A stretch of 32,000 bases of DNA from Psychrobacter cryohalolentis K5 (lineage in GTDB: Bacteria > Pseudomonadota > Gammaproteobacteria > Pseudomonadales > Moraxellaceae). The notes beneath the pieces are model-generated. The model saw only the letters and a program-made list of their open reading frames with translations. It was not told the origin of the DNA and searched no databases. Both the position numbers and the translations under genes were made by a program. Of this stretch, positions 1 to 9,409 are shown one piece after another (the stretch's first letter is position 1; every line of letters starts with the position of its first letter). The stretch spans positions 450,001 to 482,000 of the forward strand of contig NC_007969.1 in assembly GCF_000013905.1 (NCBI RefSeq), given 5' to 3'.

Positions 1-610
1 TCCTTCGAGCATATTGAAAGTGTTCTATATGGTATAGCCATAATGGACTGCCACCTGTATGAAAGGGATAACTAAGATGGTTTCAAATGTTCATTGTATT
101 TTTAAATCTATTGTTCGTGTCACCATTTGTTTTATCAAGTTGCATTACTAATATAATGAATAGCAAAAAAAGCCATTAATCAAAATAAGTAGAATATTGT
201 TTGTTTATATAATCGTAAATATAAACCAAATATATGTCTACTGTCAAAGAATGTTTCAATTCGTGAATAGAGGCTTTTAATAATAGAGAAAATTAACTAC
301 TTGTATTAAAATGAGTTGCAACAATAGGTAGGAATCGTTTCATCATCTATTGCGACCTAACATACAAAAGATAAAGAGTGTAAAGTGTGTTAGCTCTCAG
401 TAAGTTAAGCGGGCTAATGTGTTTTAGTTATGACATTATCGTGTAATAATGTGTAGCTGGTTTACGAAAAAAGTTGTAAACTGAATTGATAATCGCTAAG
501 CTACGTCTTAATTGGTTTTGCTTTGTAATTTTAAGTTCGTAAATGATGTTTGTTTTTGAGCAATAGTTTTGCTTAATGCACTACTAAAATTATCCTTTGG
601 AGGAAGTTTC

Positions 611-1789
611 ATGAAATTAAATAAAATTGCTTTGGCTTTGTTTGCCATCACAGCAGCCCCACTAGCAGCTAACGCTGGCGTAACTATCAGCCCATTATTA
701 CTTGGTTATCATTACAGCGAAGGTGCTGACGATGAGCAAGCTGAAATCATGGGTGATGGTAATGGAAATGGCTTCTATCAAGAGAACGGTCTATATACTG
801 GTGCTGCACTAGGTATTGAAATTACTCCTTCTACTCAGTTCCAAGTAGAATATGGTGTATCAAATACTGATGCCGTTCGTCAAGATGGAAATACTGACTT
901 TGATGCAGAACAAGAAACTATCTCTGGTAACTTCTTGATCGGTACTGAGCAATTCACTGGTTATACTGATAGTGCATTAAAGCCATATGTATTAGTTGGT
1001 GCTGGTCGCTCTAAGATTGAAGTTGAAGATGCTGCTGGTAACTTCGTTACTGGTTCTAAAGATACTATCGGTAACCTAGGTCTAGGTGCTATGTACCGTA
1101 TTAACGACGCTTTAAGCCTACGTGGTGAAGCTCGTGCGATTCATAACTTTGATAACAACTGGTGGGAAGGCATGGCTTTGGCCGGTCTAGAAGTAGTACT
1201 AGGTGGTCACTTAGCACCAGCAGTAGCTGTTCCACCGATGCAAGAGCCTAACGTTCAGACTCCACCAATCGTTGTTGTTGAATCTGATCTTGATTCAGAC
1301 GGCGATGGCGTACCTGATAGCATCGATGCTTGCCCAGGCACTCCAATGAATGTTGTTGTAGATGAGCGCGGTTGCCCAGTACCAGTAGATATTACTGATG
1401 AATTGAAAATGGAACTACGTGTATTCTTTGATAACGATAAATCAGCTATCAAAACTCAGTACAAACCTGAAATCGCTAAAGTAGCAGAGAAGATGCGCGA
1501 GTATCCTAACTCTACCGCTCGTGTTGAAGGTCATGCTTCTAAAACTGGTCCATCAGCACGTTATAACCAACGTTTGTCTGAAGCCCGTGCTGTTGCTGTG
1601 AAATCTATGTTGACTAACGAATTTGGTATTGCTCCAAACCGTCTATCAACCGTTGGTTATGGTTATGATCAACCAATCGCTGACAACAACACTGAAGAAG
1701 GTCGTGCTATGAACCGTCGTGTTTATGCCATCATCACTGGTGACAAAACAATGACTGTTGAACAAACTAAAGATATGGTTGTTCAATAA
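611..1789 (+). CDS. ompA: OmpA-family outer-membrane protein (beta-barrel N-domain, Pro-rich hinge, thrombospondin-type-3-like Asp-rich motif, C-terminal OmpA peptidoglycan-binding domain)
   Basis: The ORF opens at 569, but the ATG at 611 follows GGAGG (599-603) and gives a classic signal peptide, MKLNKIALALFAITAAPLAANA. The C-terminus has OmpA_C-type motifs (VFFDNDKSAIK...RVEGHAS...YNQRLSEARA...GYGYDQPIADNNTEEGRAMNRRV). Confidence 0.88.
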   Translation: MKLNKIALALFAITAAPLAANAGVTISPLLLGYHYSEGADDEQAEIMGDGNGNGFYQENGLYTGAALGIEITPSTQFQVEYGVSNTDAVRQDGNTDFDAEQETISGNFLIGTEQFTGYTDSALKPYVLVGAGRSKIEVEDAAGNFVTGSKDTIGNLGLGAMYRINDALSLRGEARAIHNFDNNWWEGMALAGLEVVLGGHLAPAVAVPPMQEPNVQTPPIVVVESDLDSDGDGVPDSIDACPGTPMNVVVDERGCPVPVDITDELKMELRVFFDNDKSAIKTQYKPEIAKVAEKMREYPNSTARVEGHASKTGPSARYNQRLSEARAVAVKSMLTNEFGIAPNRLSTVGYGYDQPIADNNTEEGRAMNRRVYAIITGDKTMTVEQTKDMVVQ

Positions 1790-1826
1790 GTACTAGCTAC
1801 TAATTGTGTAATAAGCTAATTAGTTA

Positions 1827-1859
1827 CAAAAAAAGTCATCCAATGGGTGGCTTTTTTTT
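1827..1859 (+). terminator. Rho-independent terminator after ompA
   Basis: AGTCATCC-AAT-GGGTGGCT forms an 8-bp stem (two G.U pairs) followed by a T-run. A preceding A-run can extend the stem. Confidence 0.65.
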
Positions 1860-2143
1860 ATTTATGTATCGAGAAAAGTAAGTTATTACATAAATTTATG
1901 ATTTAATAATGCTATACTAGCCACCCAAACACTTTGTAAATTGACAAAGTGTACATTAGCATAGCTATCTGTACGATGGATTCATCACCATAAGTCTATG
2001 TTTTACTTCTATTAATTATCTAGCTGTACCTATTGTATGGTTACTTAATCATAGCGTAATACTACTTATCTGGTTAATGGCAAAAGTTTATCCAGCGGTG
2101 CTTACTGCTACTGCATTTTTTTAAGACGAAACGAGCATTTTAT

Positions 2144-3991
2144 ATGGCGAACGATATCAAACACCTGCGTAACATTGCAATTATTGCCCACGTTGATCAC
2201 GGTAAAACAACTTTGGTTGATAAGCTATTACATCAGTCTGGTACTTTTGGCGACCGTGCAAATATTGCTGAGCGTGCAATGGATTCAGGTGATATTGAGC
2301 AAGAACGTGGTATTACTATTTTGGCGAAAAATACAGCCATTCGTTGGACAGATAACACTGACGGTACTGAGTATCGTATTAATATTGTGGATACCCCTGG
2401 TCACGCCGATTTCGGTGGTGAAGTTGAACGTGTAATGTCTATGGTTGACTGCGTACTTCTAGTAGTTGATGCTGTTGATGGTCCAATGCCACAAACTCGT
2501 TTCGTAACGCAAAAAGCGTTCGAGCAAGGTCTAAAGCCTATTGTTGTTATCAACAAAATTGACCGTCCTGGTTCACGTCCTGATTGGGTAATGGATCAAA
2601 TTTTTGATTTGTTCGATAACCTAGGTGCGACTGATGAGCAGCTTGATTTCCCAGTTGTTTATGCCTCAGCATTGAATGGTATTGCAGGTTTAGAAGCTGA
2701 TGATTTAGCTGATGACATGACGCCACTGTTCAAAACTATCGTTGATGTTGTACAGGCTCCACAGGTTGATGCAGATGCACCATTCCGTATGCAAATCTCA
2801 AGTCTTGACTACAATAGTTTCGTTGGTGTTATCGGTATTGGTCGTATTCAGCGTGGTAAAGTAAAAACCAATACACAAGTAACTGTCATTGATAAAAATG
2901 GCAATACCCGCAATGGCCGTATTTTGAAAATTATGGGTTATCATGGTCTTGACCGTATTGATGTTGAAGATGCACAAGCTGGTGACATCGTTTGTATTAC
3001 TGGTATTGATTCGCTTAATATCTCAGATACGATTTGTGATCCTAGTGCTGTCGAAGCATTACCAGCATTAACAGTTGATGAACCTACCGTTTCTATGAAC
3101 TTCCAAGTAAATAACTCACCTTTTGCTGGTCGTGATGGTAAGTTTGTGACCTCACGTAATATTCGCGAGCGTCTTGAGCGTGAATTGATTCATAACGTAG
3201 CATTACGTGTCGAAGATACAGAATCTCCTGATAAATTTAAAGTGTCAGGTCGTGGTGAGCTGCATTTATCTGTATTAATCGAAAACATGCGCCGTGAAGG
3301 TTTCGAGATGGGCGTTTCGGGTCCAGAAGTTATCGTCAAAGAAGTGGATGGTAAGCTACAAGAGCCGTATGAAAACGTTGTCTTCGATATCGAAGATGCG
3401 CATCAAGGCCCTATCATGGAGCAGGTTGGCTTGCGTAAAGGCGAGATGACCAATATGGAGCTTGATGGTAAAGGTCGTATGCGTATCGAAGCGACAATGC
3501 CTGCCCGTGGTTTGATTGGTTTCCGCTCTGAGTTCTTAACCCTGACTTCAGGTACAGGTATCATGACTTCAAGCTTTTCACATTATGGTCCACAGAAAGT
3601 TGGTGAGGTTGGTGCTCGCTCAAACGGTGTCTTGGTTTCCATGGCGAAAGGTGTTTGCTTAGGTTTTGCTTTATTTAACCTACAAAAACGCGGTAAATTA
3701 TTTGCTGAGCCACAGCTTGAAGTTTACGAAGGTATGATTATTGGTCTTAATTCACGTAATGATGACATGGCAGTGAACCCGACGACTGGTAAGCAGTTAA
3801 CCAACGTTCGCGCTAGTGGTACTGATGAAGCATTGACACTGACTCCAGCAGTTAAGTTTACGCTTGAGCAAGCACTTGAATTCATTCAAGATGATGAATT
3901 GGTAGAAGTAACGCCAAAAGCGATACGTATTCGTAAACGCTACTTGACTGAAAGTGAGCGTAAACGTTATGGTCGTAAGAAAGGTGCGTAA
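2144..3991 (+). CDS. typA: Translational GTPase TypA/BipA
   Basis: 615 aa with G1 [17 protein letters not shown] and NKID motifs. The EF-G-like domain order and the basic C-terminal tail are typical of BipA. Confidence 0.95.
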   Translation: MANDIKHLRNIAIIAHVDHGKTTLVDKLLHQSGTFGDRANIAERAMDSGDIEQERGITILAKNTAIRWTDNTDGTEYRINIVDTPGHADFGGEVERVMSMVDCVLLVVDAVDGPMPQTRFVTQKAFEQGLKPIVVINKIDRPGSRPDWVMDQIFDLFDNLGATDEQLDFPVVYASALNGIAGLEADDLADDMTPLFKTIVDVVQAPQVDADAPFRMQISSLDYNSFVGVIGIGRIQRGKVKTNTQVTVIDKNGNTRNGRILKIMGYHGLDRIDVEDAQAGDIVCITGIDSLNISDTICDPSAVEALPALTVDEPTVSMNFQVNNSPFAGRDGKFVTSRNIRERLERELIHNVALRVEDTESPDKFKVSGRGELHLSVLIENMRREGFEMGVSGPEVIVKEVDGKLQEPYENVVFDIEDAHQGPIMEQVGLRKGEMTNMELDGKGRMRIEATMPARGLIGFRSEFLTLTSGTGIMTSSFSHYGPQKVGEVGARSNGVLVSMAKGVCLGFALFNLQKRGKLFAEPQLEVYEGMIIGLNSRNDDMAVNPTTGKQLTNVRASGTDEALTLTPAVKFTLEQALEFIQDDELVEVTPKAIRIRKRYLTESERKRYGRKKGA

Positions 3992-4049
3992 TATTGAACA
4001 ATAAATAGTGGTTATCCATTATTTGGTTCCGCATTAAAGATATCTAGTG

Positions 4050-4097
4050 AGCAGCATAGAATAGTTGGTATACCACTATTCTATGCTGCTTTTTTTT
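4050..4097 (+). terminator. Rho-independent terminator after typA
   Basis: Perfect 16-bp inverted repeat AGCAGCATAGAATAGT / ACTATTCTATGCTGCT followed by T8. Confidence 0.9.
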
Positions 4098-4247
4098 ATG
4101 TTGCATTTTACATAGAATAAAAAGACAATAGTCGGATATCACTTACTAAAAAAACGAGTAATCTTACGGTTATTATTAAAATCCCAAGTTGGATGCATCA
4201 TTTATACGCTTATCTTATGGTCAATAAGATTTTTGAGGAGATAAATC

Positions 4248-4697
4248 ATGAGTATGGTATCTGAGTTTAAAGAATTTGCTTTAAAAGGTAATGTGATGGA
4301 TCTGGCCGTCGGTGTGATCATCGGTGGAGCATTCGCTACGATCACAAAGTCTTTAGTAGAAGACGTGATCATGCCCATTGTTGCTTTTATCGTCGGCGGC
4401 GAAATTAATTTCAAGAATATGTTTTTGATATTGGGCGATGCGCCAGAAGGTGTGGCACGAACCAATGATGCCCTCAAAGCTGCTGGCATTCCTGTATTGG
4501 CTTATGGTAGTTTCATTACGGTGCTAATTAACTTTCTAATCTTGGCGTTTATTATTTTTATGATGGTAAAAATGGTCAATAGATTGCGCCGTGCAGATGA
4601 GGTAGAAGAAGCAATAGAAGAAGCAATAGAAGAGCCGTCAGAAGAAGTGCAATTGCTTCGTGAAATTAGCGCTAAGCTTGGCAATATTAATAAGTAA
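4248..4697 (+). CDS. mscL: Large-conductance mechanosensitive channel MscL
   Basis: The N-terminus [24 protein letters not shown] is the MscL signature. There are two TM helices, GAGGAG lies upstream of the ATG, and the C-terminal tail is acidic. Confidence 0.93.
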   Translation: MSMVSEFKEFALKGNVMDLAVGVIIGGAFATITKSLVEDVIMPIVAFIVGGEINFKNMFLILGDAPEGVARTNDALKAAGIPVLAYGSFITVLINFLILAFIIFMMVKMVNRLRRADEVEEAIEEAIEEPSEEVQLLREISAKLGNINK

Positions 4698-4732
4698 ACA
4701 CATTTTACTGACCGTCAGATTAAAAAATAAAA

Positions 4733-4762
4733 AAAGCTAACGTAATGTTAGCCTCTTTTTAT
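4733..4762. terminator. Bidirectional intrinsic terminator between convergent mscL and the 4797-5237 gene
   Basis: GCTAAC-GTAAT-GTTAGC hairpin flanked by an A-run on the left and a T-rich tract on the right. Confidence 0.6.
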
Positions 4763-4796
4763 TGGATTTCTTATAATTACTTAATGGTAGTTATGT

Positions 4797-5237
4797 TTAG
4801 GGTCTAACGACAACATAGTCATTGGTATTAATAATAATTTCTGATGGTTGATCAACGACGATACGCACAACGTTACTATCAACGATTTGCGATTTGTAAT
4901 AGTTGTCTTCAGCAACCGTACAGCCTAAACAGCGACTCATGGCATTCCATGGTTCAACAAAGAGCTTCTGCTGTGCTTGGTCAGCATTACCGCCGATCAA
5001 AGAGAAGGGCAAACTGACGATGTAAGCGGCTGTACCTGCGACAGCTGCTATCAACTGTAATGGCTTGCCGACAACGGTATCTACAGCCATAGTCTCATAA
5101 GAGGGACCAAAATCTGTTTCATCAATTTCTATCGCTGCCAAAGCAGGTTGCATACTTGCAAAAGTTAAGCTGGCACTTATCAATACAGTTAATAGCTTAT
5201 ACTTTGCGGTGCATTTGGTGTTAGCTTGAGCAGTCAT
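4797..5237 (-). CDS. Hypothetical exported/membrane-associated protein
   Basis: 146 aa with an N-terminal signal-like segment (KLLTVLISASLTFASMQPALA/A), one further hydrophobic helix and a CLGC motif. I recognise no family. Confidence 0.55.
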   Translation of the reverse strand: MTAQANTKCTAKYKLLTVLISASLTFASMQPALAAIEIDETDFGPSYETMAVDTVVGKPLQLIAAVAGTAAYIVSLPFSLIGGNADQAQQKLFVEPWNAMSRCLGCTVAEDNYYKSQIVDSNVVRIVVDQPSEIIINTNDYVVVRP

Positions 5238-5537
5238 AATGATATCCTAAAACTCATAAATAGAATGATAAATGGCTGTTGCTATTTCTCCACAGAAATA
5301 GAGATATCGCGGCAACGAGAAATAGCCTATATATTACAGGTAAATAAATGGTTTGCATTATTTATGTAAGTGCAAGCACTATTAAAGCAATATGTGGATC
5401 AATAAGCAACAAAAATGCGCAGCATATAAGGATATGTTTATTAATTGCTCTATTTTAATGACAAGTAGTTAAAGAGTGGCGAACTGGTCTATTTAAGTGA
5501 ATATTGAATAAAAAAATTAATATTGGGAAATCCAGAT

Positions 5538-6461
5538 CTAATTAATTGGCTGACAAACAGGGCAGTAGACACTGGCACGTCCATTGAGCTTGATATTCTC
5601 TAAAACTGAATCACAGTGCGGACAAGTTTCACCTTGTCTACCATAGACATTCAAGGTTTGCTGGAAATAACCTGTTTGACCATCAGCAACCGTAAAGTCA
5701 CGTAGTGTTGAACCACCTAGCTTGATAGCTTTCTGTAAAATAGTTTTGATATGGGCGACTAAAATTACTATTTGATCATATGATATCTTATTTGCTGGAG
5801 TAGCAGGATGGATGCCTGAGAGGTATAAGCTCTCAGTGGCATAAATATTACCAACGCCGACCACAGCTTGCTGCTCCATAATGACTGACTTGATGGCTCG
5901 TTTGATAGGCTGCTTTTTAATCACTTTGCTGCTTTGAGTCTGGATGGACTGTTCGCTACGTTGGATAAGATAATACAAATAGTCTGCCGTAAAATCATCT
6001 GATAGTGGCTCAGGTCCTAAATGGTTTAGTAGTTTATCCCCGTAATCCTCAAGCCATAAGATAGAGCCGAAACGTCTAGGGTCATAATAATGTAGCTGAG
6101 TTTGAGTGTCGTCAGCGCCGATAAAACTCATGATCAAATGATCATGTTTGCGCTTATCGCTAGTATGATGATGTTGTTGCAAGCTACCTGACATCCCAAG
6201 ATGAATCAGAAGCTGTTTCGGCTGTAAATTCCTAGGTTCAACAGAAGATGAAATGCCATCATCAGCTAGCGGTATAAAATTGAGGATTAAATACTTTGCC
6301 CGTCGCTCAACGCTGTCCAATGTATAATCAATCAAATCTGATAAATTATCAGGCATCGACCAACGAAGCTTTGGTTGAAAGACTTGTACGTTGGTGACTT
6401 TTTGTCCTAATAAAGGCGTCAGACTGGTTTTTGTCGTTTCTACTTCTGGTAACTCAGGCAT
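5538..6461 (-). CDS. mutM: Formamidopyrimidine-DNA glycosylase (Fpg/MutM)
   Basis: The N-terminus MPELPEVET carries the catalytic Pro2/Glu3. An H2TH region is present, and the C-terminal zinc finger reads CPHC...CPVC. At 307 aa it is longer than typical Fpg, with apparent internal insertions. Confidence 0.92.
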   Translation of the reverse strand: MPELPEVETTKTSLTPLLGQKVTNVQVFQPKLRWSMPDNLSDLIDYTLDSVERRAKYLILNFIPLADDGISSSVEPRNLQPKQLLIHLGMSGSLQQHHHTSDKRKHDHLIMSFIGADDTQTQLHYYDPRRFGSILWLEDYGDKLLNHLGPEPLSDDFTADYLYYLIQRSEQSIQTQSSKVIKKQPIKRAIKSVIMEQQAVVGVGNIYATESLYLSGIHPATPANKISYDQIVILVAHIKTILQKAIKLGGSTLRDFTVADGQTGYFQQTLNVYGRQGETCPHCDSVLENIKLNGRASVYCPVCQPIN

Positions 6462-6500
6462 AGTATTTTATAAAATCTCTATTAAGAATTAAAGGTATTA

Positions 6501-9041
6501 TCAGGCAACAGCGCGGCGAGCATGTAAGATACCATGCTGTTGTTCAAGCTTAGCAAGTAACTTGGATAAATGTGCTAGCCCCGACACTTCAATATGAAAC
6601 TTTAAAAAGGCAATATTATCATCATTGCTCAGGGTTTGAACTTGACGAATATTGACGTTTTCTTTATCAATGATTTGGGTTAAATCGCGCAATAAACCAC
6701 GTCTATCATAAGCTTCTATATGAATATCAACTGGCTGATAGCGACCAGATTTAATCTTCCAAGCAGCCTTGATTTCGCGTTCAGGATCACGTTCAATCAG
6801 GCGCAGATATTCAGGGCAACCACGATTGTGAACACTGACACCGCGCGATAAAGTAATGTAGCCCGCGATAGGCTCACCGTGCACAGGGTGACAGCAGCCT
6901 GCCAAACCAACTTCAATGTTATCTAAGCCATCGATTTGGATTTTGTAAGCATCAAGCTTACCTGAATCTCTTTTATCGATAATAGGGGCAAAATCTTCTT
7001 CAGATCTTTCAGGCTCTAAATGCAGCTGACGAGAGATATGACTGGTAAGCTGATTTAGACCAATTTCACCCGTCACCAAACCAACCACAATATCGTCGGT
7101 ATTGTTGACATTAAAATGTTGCGTATAATCGTTTAAATCGATGCTATTCGGATGCACCGATAGACGTTCAAGCTCTTTACTGAGCATCTGACGCCCGATT
7201 TCGATATTCTTATCACGATCTTGTTTGTTAAACCATTGACGCAGTTTTGAGCGGGCACGATTGGTATGAATATAGCCTAGTGAAGCCACTAGCCAGTCGC
7301 GATTGGGCTCACGTGAAGATTTGGTAATAATCTCAACTTGCTCGCCCGTTTTGAGCTGATAAGTTAATGGTACATAACGCTGATTGACACGCGCTGCTTG
7401 GGCGCGGTTACCGACCTGCGTATGAACATAATAGGCAAAATCCAGCACAGTCGCGCCTTTTGGCAACTCCGTAATATCGCCATCACGACTAAATATGTAA
7501 ATGCGTTCGAGTTCATCAAAATCAACCAATTGCTCTTCATCATCATATTCAACTTCCTCTAATTCATCACCAGTTGATAAAGATGAGCGCGGCTGATTAT
7601 TGATAGACAGCAGTTGACGTAAAGAACTGATTCGCTGATTAAGGTAATTGTCCTTTTTGTTTTTGAGCCCTTCTTTGTAGTTGACATGGGCACACATGCC
7701 AAGCTCAGCTTCAAAGTGCATCTCTTGAGTACGAATCTGTACTTCAAGCGATTTGTTTTCAGCGATGACCGCAGTATGGAGTGAGCGATAACCGTTAGAT
7801 TTTGGATTGGTAATATAATCGTCAAATTGCTCAGGAATATAACGCCATAACCCGTGTACCAATCCTAGCACGTGGTAACAGTCTGAAGGAGTGGTCACCA
7901 ATACTCGCAGCGCACGGATATCGTACAGCTGATCAAAAGACAATCCTTTAAGCTTCATTTTTCGATAAATAGAATAAATGTGCTTTACGCGTCCTGAAAC
8001 TTCGCCCTCAATACCAGATTCTGCTAAAGACTCGTTCAGTCTATCTTGTACACGCTGGATATAAGACTCACGCTCGCTACGCTTTTCTGATAATAGTTTG
8101 GCAATTTCTTTATAACGATCAGGGGCAAGGTAGCGAAAGGCTAAATCTTCAAGCTCCCATTTCAGCTGGGCAATACCCAAGCGATGTGCCAATGGGGCAT
8201 AAATAGTCATGACTTCACGCGCCACGCGAGCTTGTCGAACTTCATTGGAAAAGGTCAGCTCGCGCATAGCAAAAGTGCGTTCAGCAAGTTTAATCAGTAC
8301 TACTCGGACATCGTTGGTGACTGAGATCAGCATGCTATAAATATTTGATAATTGATCCCGCTGATTATTTACGAAGTGATCTTCTAAGCGCTTATTGCTT
8401 TCGATAATCTCAGACAGTTGTCCCATCGCCAAGGTATCTTTAACCAAGGTTGAGATATCGGTGCCAAACTTTTTTTCGATTTCACTAAGACTAATAATCG
8501 ATTTGCGAGCACTACGATAGAGCATGGCAGCGACAAGGGCATCTTCATCCTGATAAAGGTAAGTTAAGATATCAGTCATGCCGATACCAGTCACGTAAGC
8601 GCCCGAACGCTCCGATTCACTGGTATTCATGTGATTACGGACGAATGTACAGGCAGCGCTAAGATTGGGTACTGAATCTTGCCCAATACGCTTTGCAACA
8701 TTATCAAGCCAAGTAGGTACATCAATATTGATTTGATTTAAATCTAACGCTTCAAGCTCTTGCTGTGAAAACGCCTCGGATTCATCAAGGATGTTATCCC
8801 TTAAATAGTCATTTTCAAGATTTGAGTCATGACTGTAGTAGGCGTAATTAACAGAGCGATCAAAGGTAGTATGGAGTTTATGAGTGGCAAGTTGATACTT
8901 GATATCTAGTGGGATTTGAGCATAGCTATTGGCAGACTGGTGCGAGCGTTGACTCGCGACCAGTTGCGCTGCCAAAGTTGCACTGTCGGCTTGCGTGGTT
9001 TGTCCATCTACCAGCGGTAATCCTTCACGAATTTTTACCAT
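6501..9041 (-). CDS. relA: GTP pyrophosphokinase RelA ((p)ppGpp synthetase I)
   Basis: 846 aa. The hydrolase-like region lacks the H..HD motif, as in RelA. The synthetase core (HRLGIAQLKWELEDLAFRY, YRSLHT), TGS domain and C-terminal ACT-like domain are present. It lies directly downstream of rlmD, as in E. coli and Pseudomonas. Confidence 0.88.
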   Translation of the reverse strand: MVKIREGLPLVDGQTTQADSATLAAQLVASQRSHQSANSYAQIPLDIKYQLATHKLHTTFDRSVNYAYYSHDSNLENDYLRDNILDESEAFSQQELEALDLNQINIDVPTWLDNVAKRIGQDSVPNLSAACTFVRNHMNTSESERSGAYVTGIGMTDILTYLYQDEDALVAAMLYRSARKSIISLSEIEKKFGTDISTLVKDTLAMGQLSEIIESNKRLEDHFVNNQRDQLSNIYSMLISVTNDVRVVLIKLAERTFAMRELTFSNEVRQARVAREVMTIYAPLAHRLGIAQLKWELEDLAFRYLAPDRYKEIAKLLSEKRSERESYIQRVQDRLNESLAESGIEGEVSGRVKHIYSIYRKMKLKGLSFDQLYDIRALRVLVTTPSDCYHVLGLVHGLWRYIPEQFDDYITNPKSNGYRSLHTAVIAENKSLEVQIRTQEMHFEAELGMCAHVNYKEGLKNKKDNYLNQRISSLRQLLSINNQPRSSLSTGDELEEVEYDDEEQLVDFDELERIYIFSRDGDITELPKGATVLDFAYYVHTQVGNRAQAARVNQRYVPLTYQLKTGEQVEIITKSSREPNRDWLVASLGYIHTNRARSKLRQWFNKQDRDKNIEIGRQMLSKELERLSVHPNSIDLNDYTQHFNVNNTDDIVVGLVTGEIGLNQLTSHISRQLHLEPERSEEDFAPIIDKRDSGKLDAYKIQIDGLDNIEVGLAGCCHPVHGEPIAGYITLSRGVSVHNRGCPEYLRLIERDPEREIKAAWKIKSGRYQPVDIHIEAYDRRGLLRDLTQIIDKENVNIRQVQTLSNDDNIAFLKFHIEVSGLAHLSKLLAKLEQQHGILHARRAVA

Positions 9042-9409
9042 TGCCCACTCCTCTTAGCTATTTTGACTTGATAATAACGCCATCTACAATGCTAGAGCTA
9101 AACATGAGCTTGCTATCGATAAATGGTCAGTTATAAATCAATACAGCCGCTAAAAAATCCATTTTTTAGCAGCTATAAAATCAATTATAGGGATCTTGCA
9201 TAGAATTATGAGCGCTTAGACTCACTATGTTTTATAAATAATAAAAACAGTGACTATTATTATCGCATGTTGCGATGACAAATCAAGCAAGGCTCTGTAA
9301 TGATAGCGTTAGCCGCATATGCGAGTAACGCAGATATCATTCTTAAATTGCAGCTATTAACGCCTCTAAAAATCATAGGTTAATACCATACTCTGCCATT
9401 ACATACGGT

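Noticed and set aside
1-41. Possible start of a minus-strand gene leaving the left edge (ATG at 41, reading MAIPYRTLSICSK...)
   Set aside because: Only about 13 codons are visible, with no convincing RBS. That is not enough evidence for a call.
569-610. Upstream extension of the ompA ORF (MLNALLKLSFGGSF...)
   Set aside because: The GGAGG at 599-603 and the signal peptide both begin at Met 611. The extension would bury the signal peptide.
2175-2435. 86-aa plus-strand ORF overlapping the start of typA in another frame
   Set aside because: It lies entirely inside the strongly supported typA CDS. The product is a hydrophobic, low-complexity shadow translation with no motif.
4202-4684. Minus-strand ORFs (4202-4489 and 4502-4684) antisense to mscL
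   Set aside because: These are shadow ORFs opposite a confidently identified gene. They have no RBS or family signal.
6462-6500. Looked for a mazEF-like toxin-antitoxin pair downstream of relA, as in E. coli
   Set aside because: relA is followed after 39 nt by mutM. No small paired ORFs are present.
7364-7825. Two minus-strand alternative-frame ORFs inside relA
   Set aside because: They are out-of-frame overlaps within a conserved 846-aa CDS, and their translations look random.
9145-9174. 14-bp-arm inverted repeat (AGCCGCTAAAAAAT / ATTTTTTAGCAGCT, one mismatch) in the rlmD-relA spacer
   Set aside because: It could be a terminator or attenuator between rlmD and relA. However, the stem is almost all A/T, there is no clear U-tract on the minus transcript, and I cannot assign a function.
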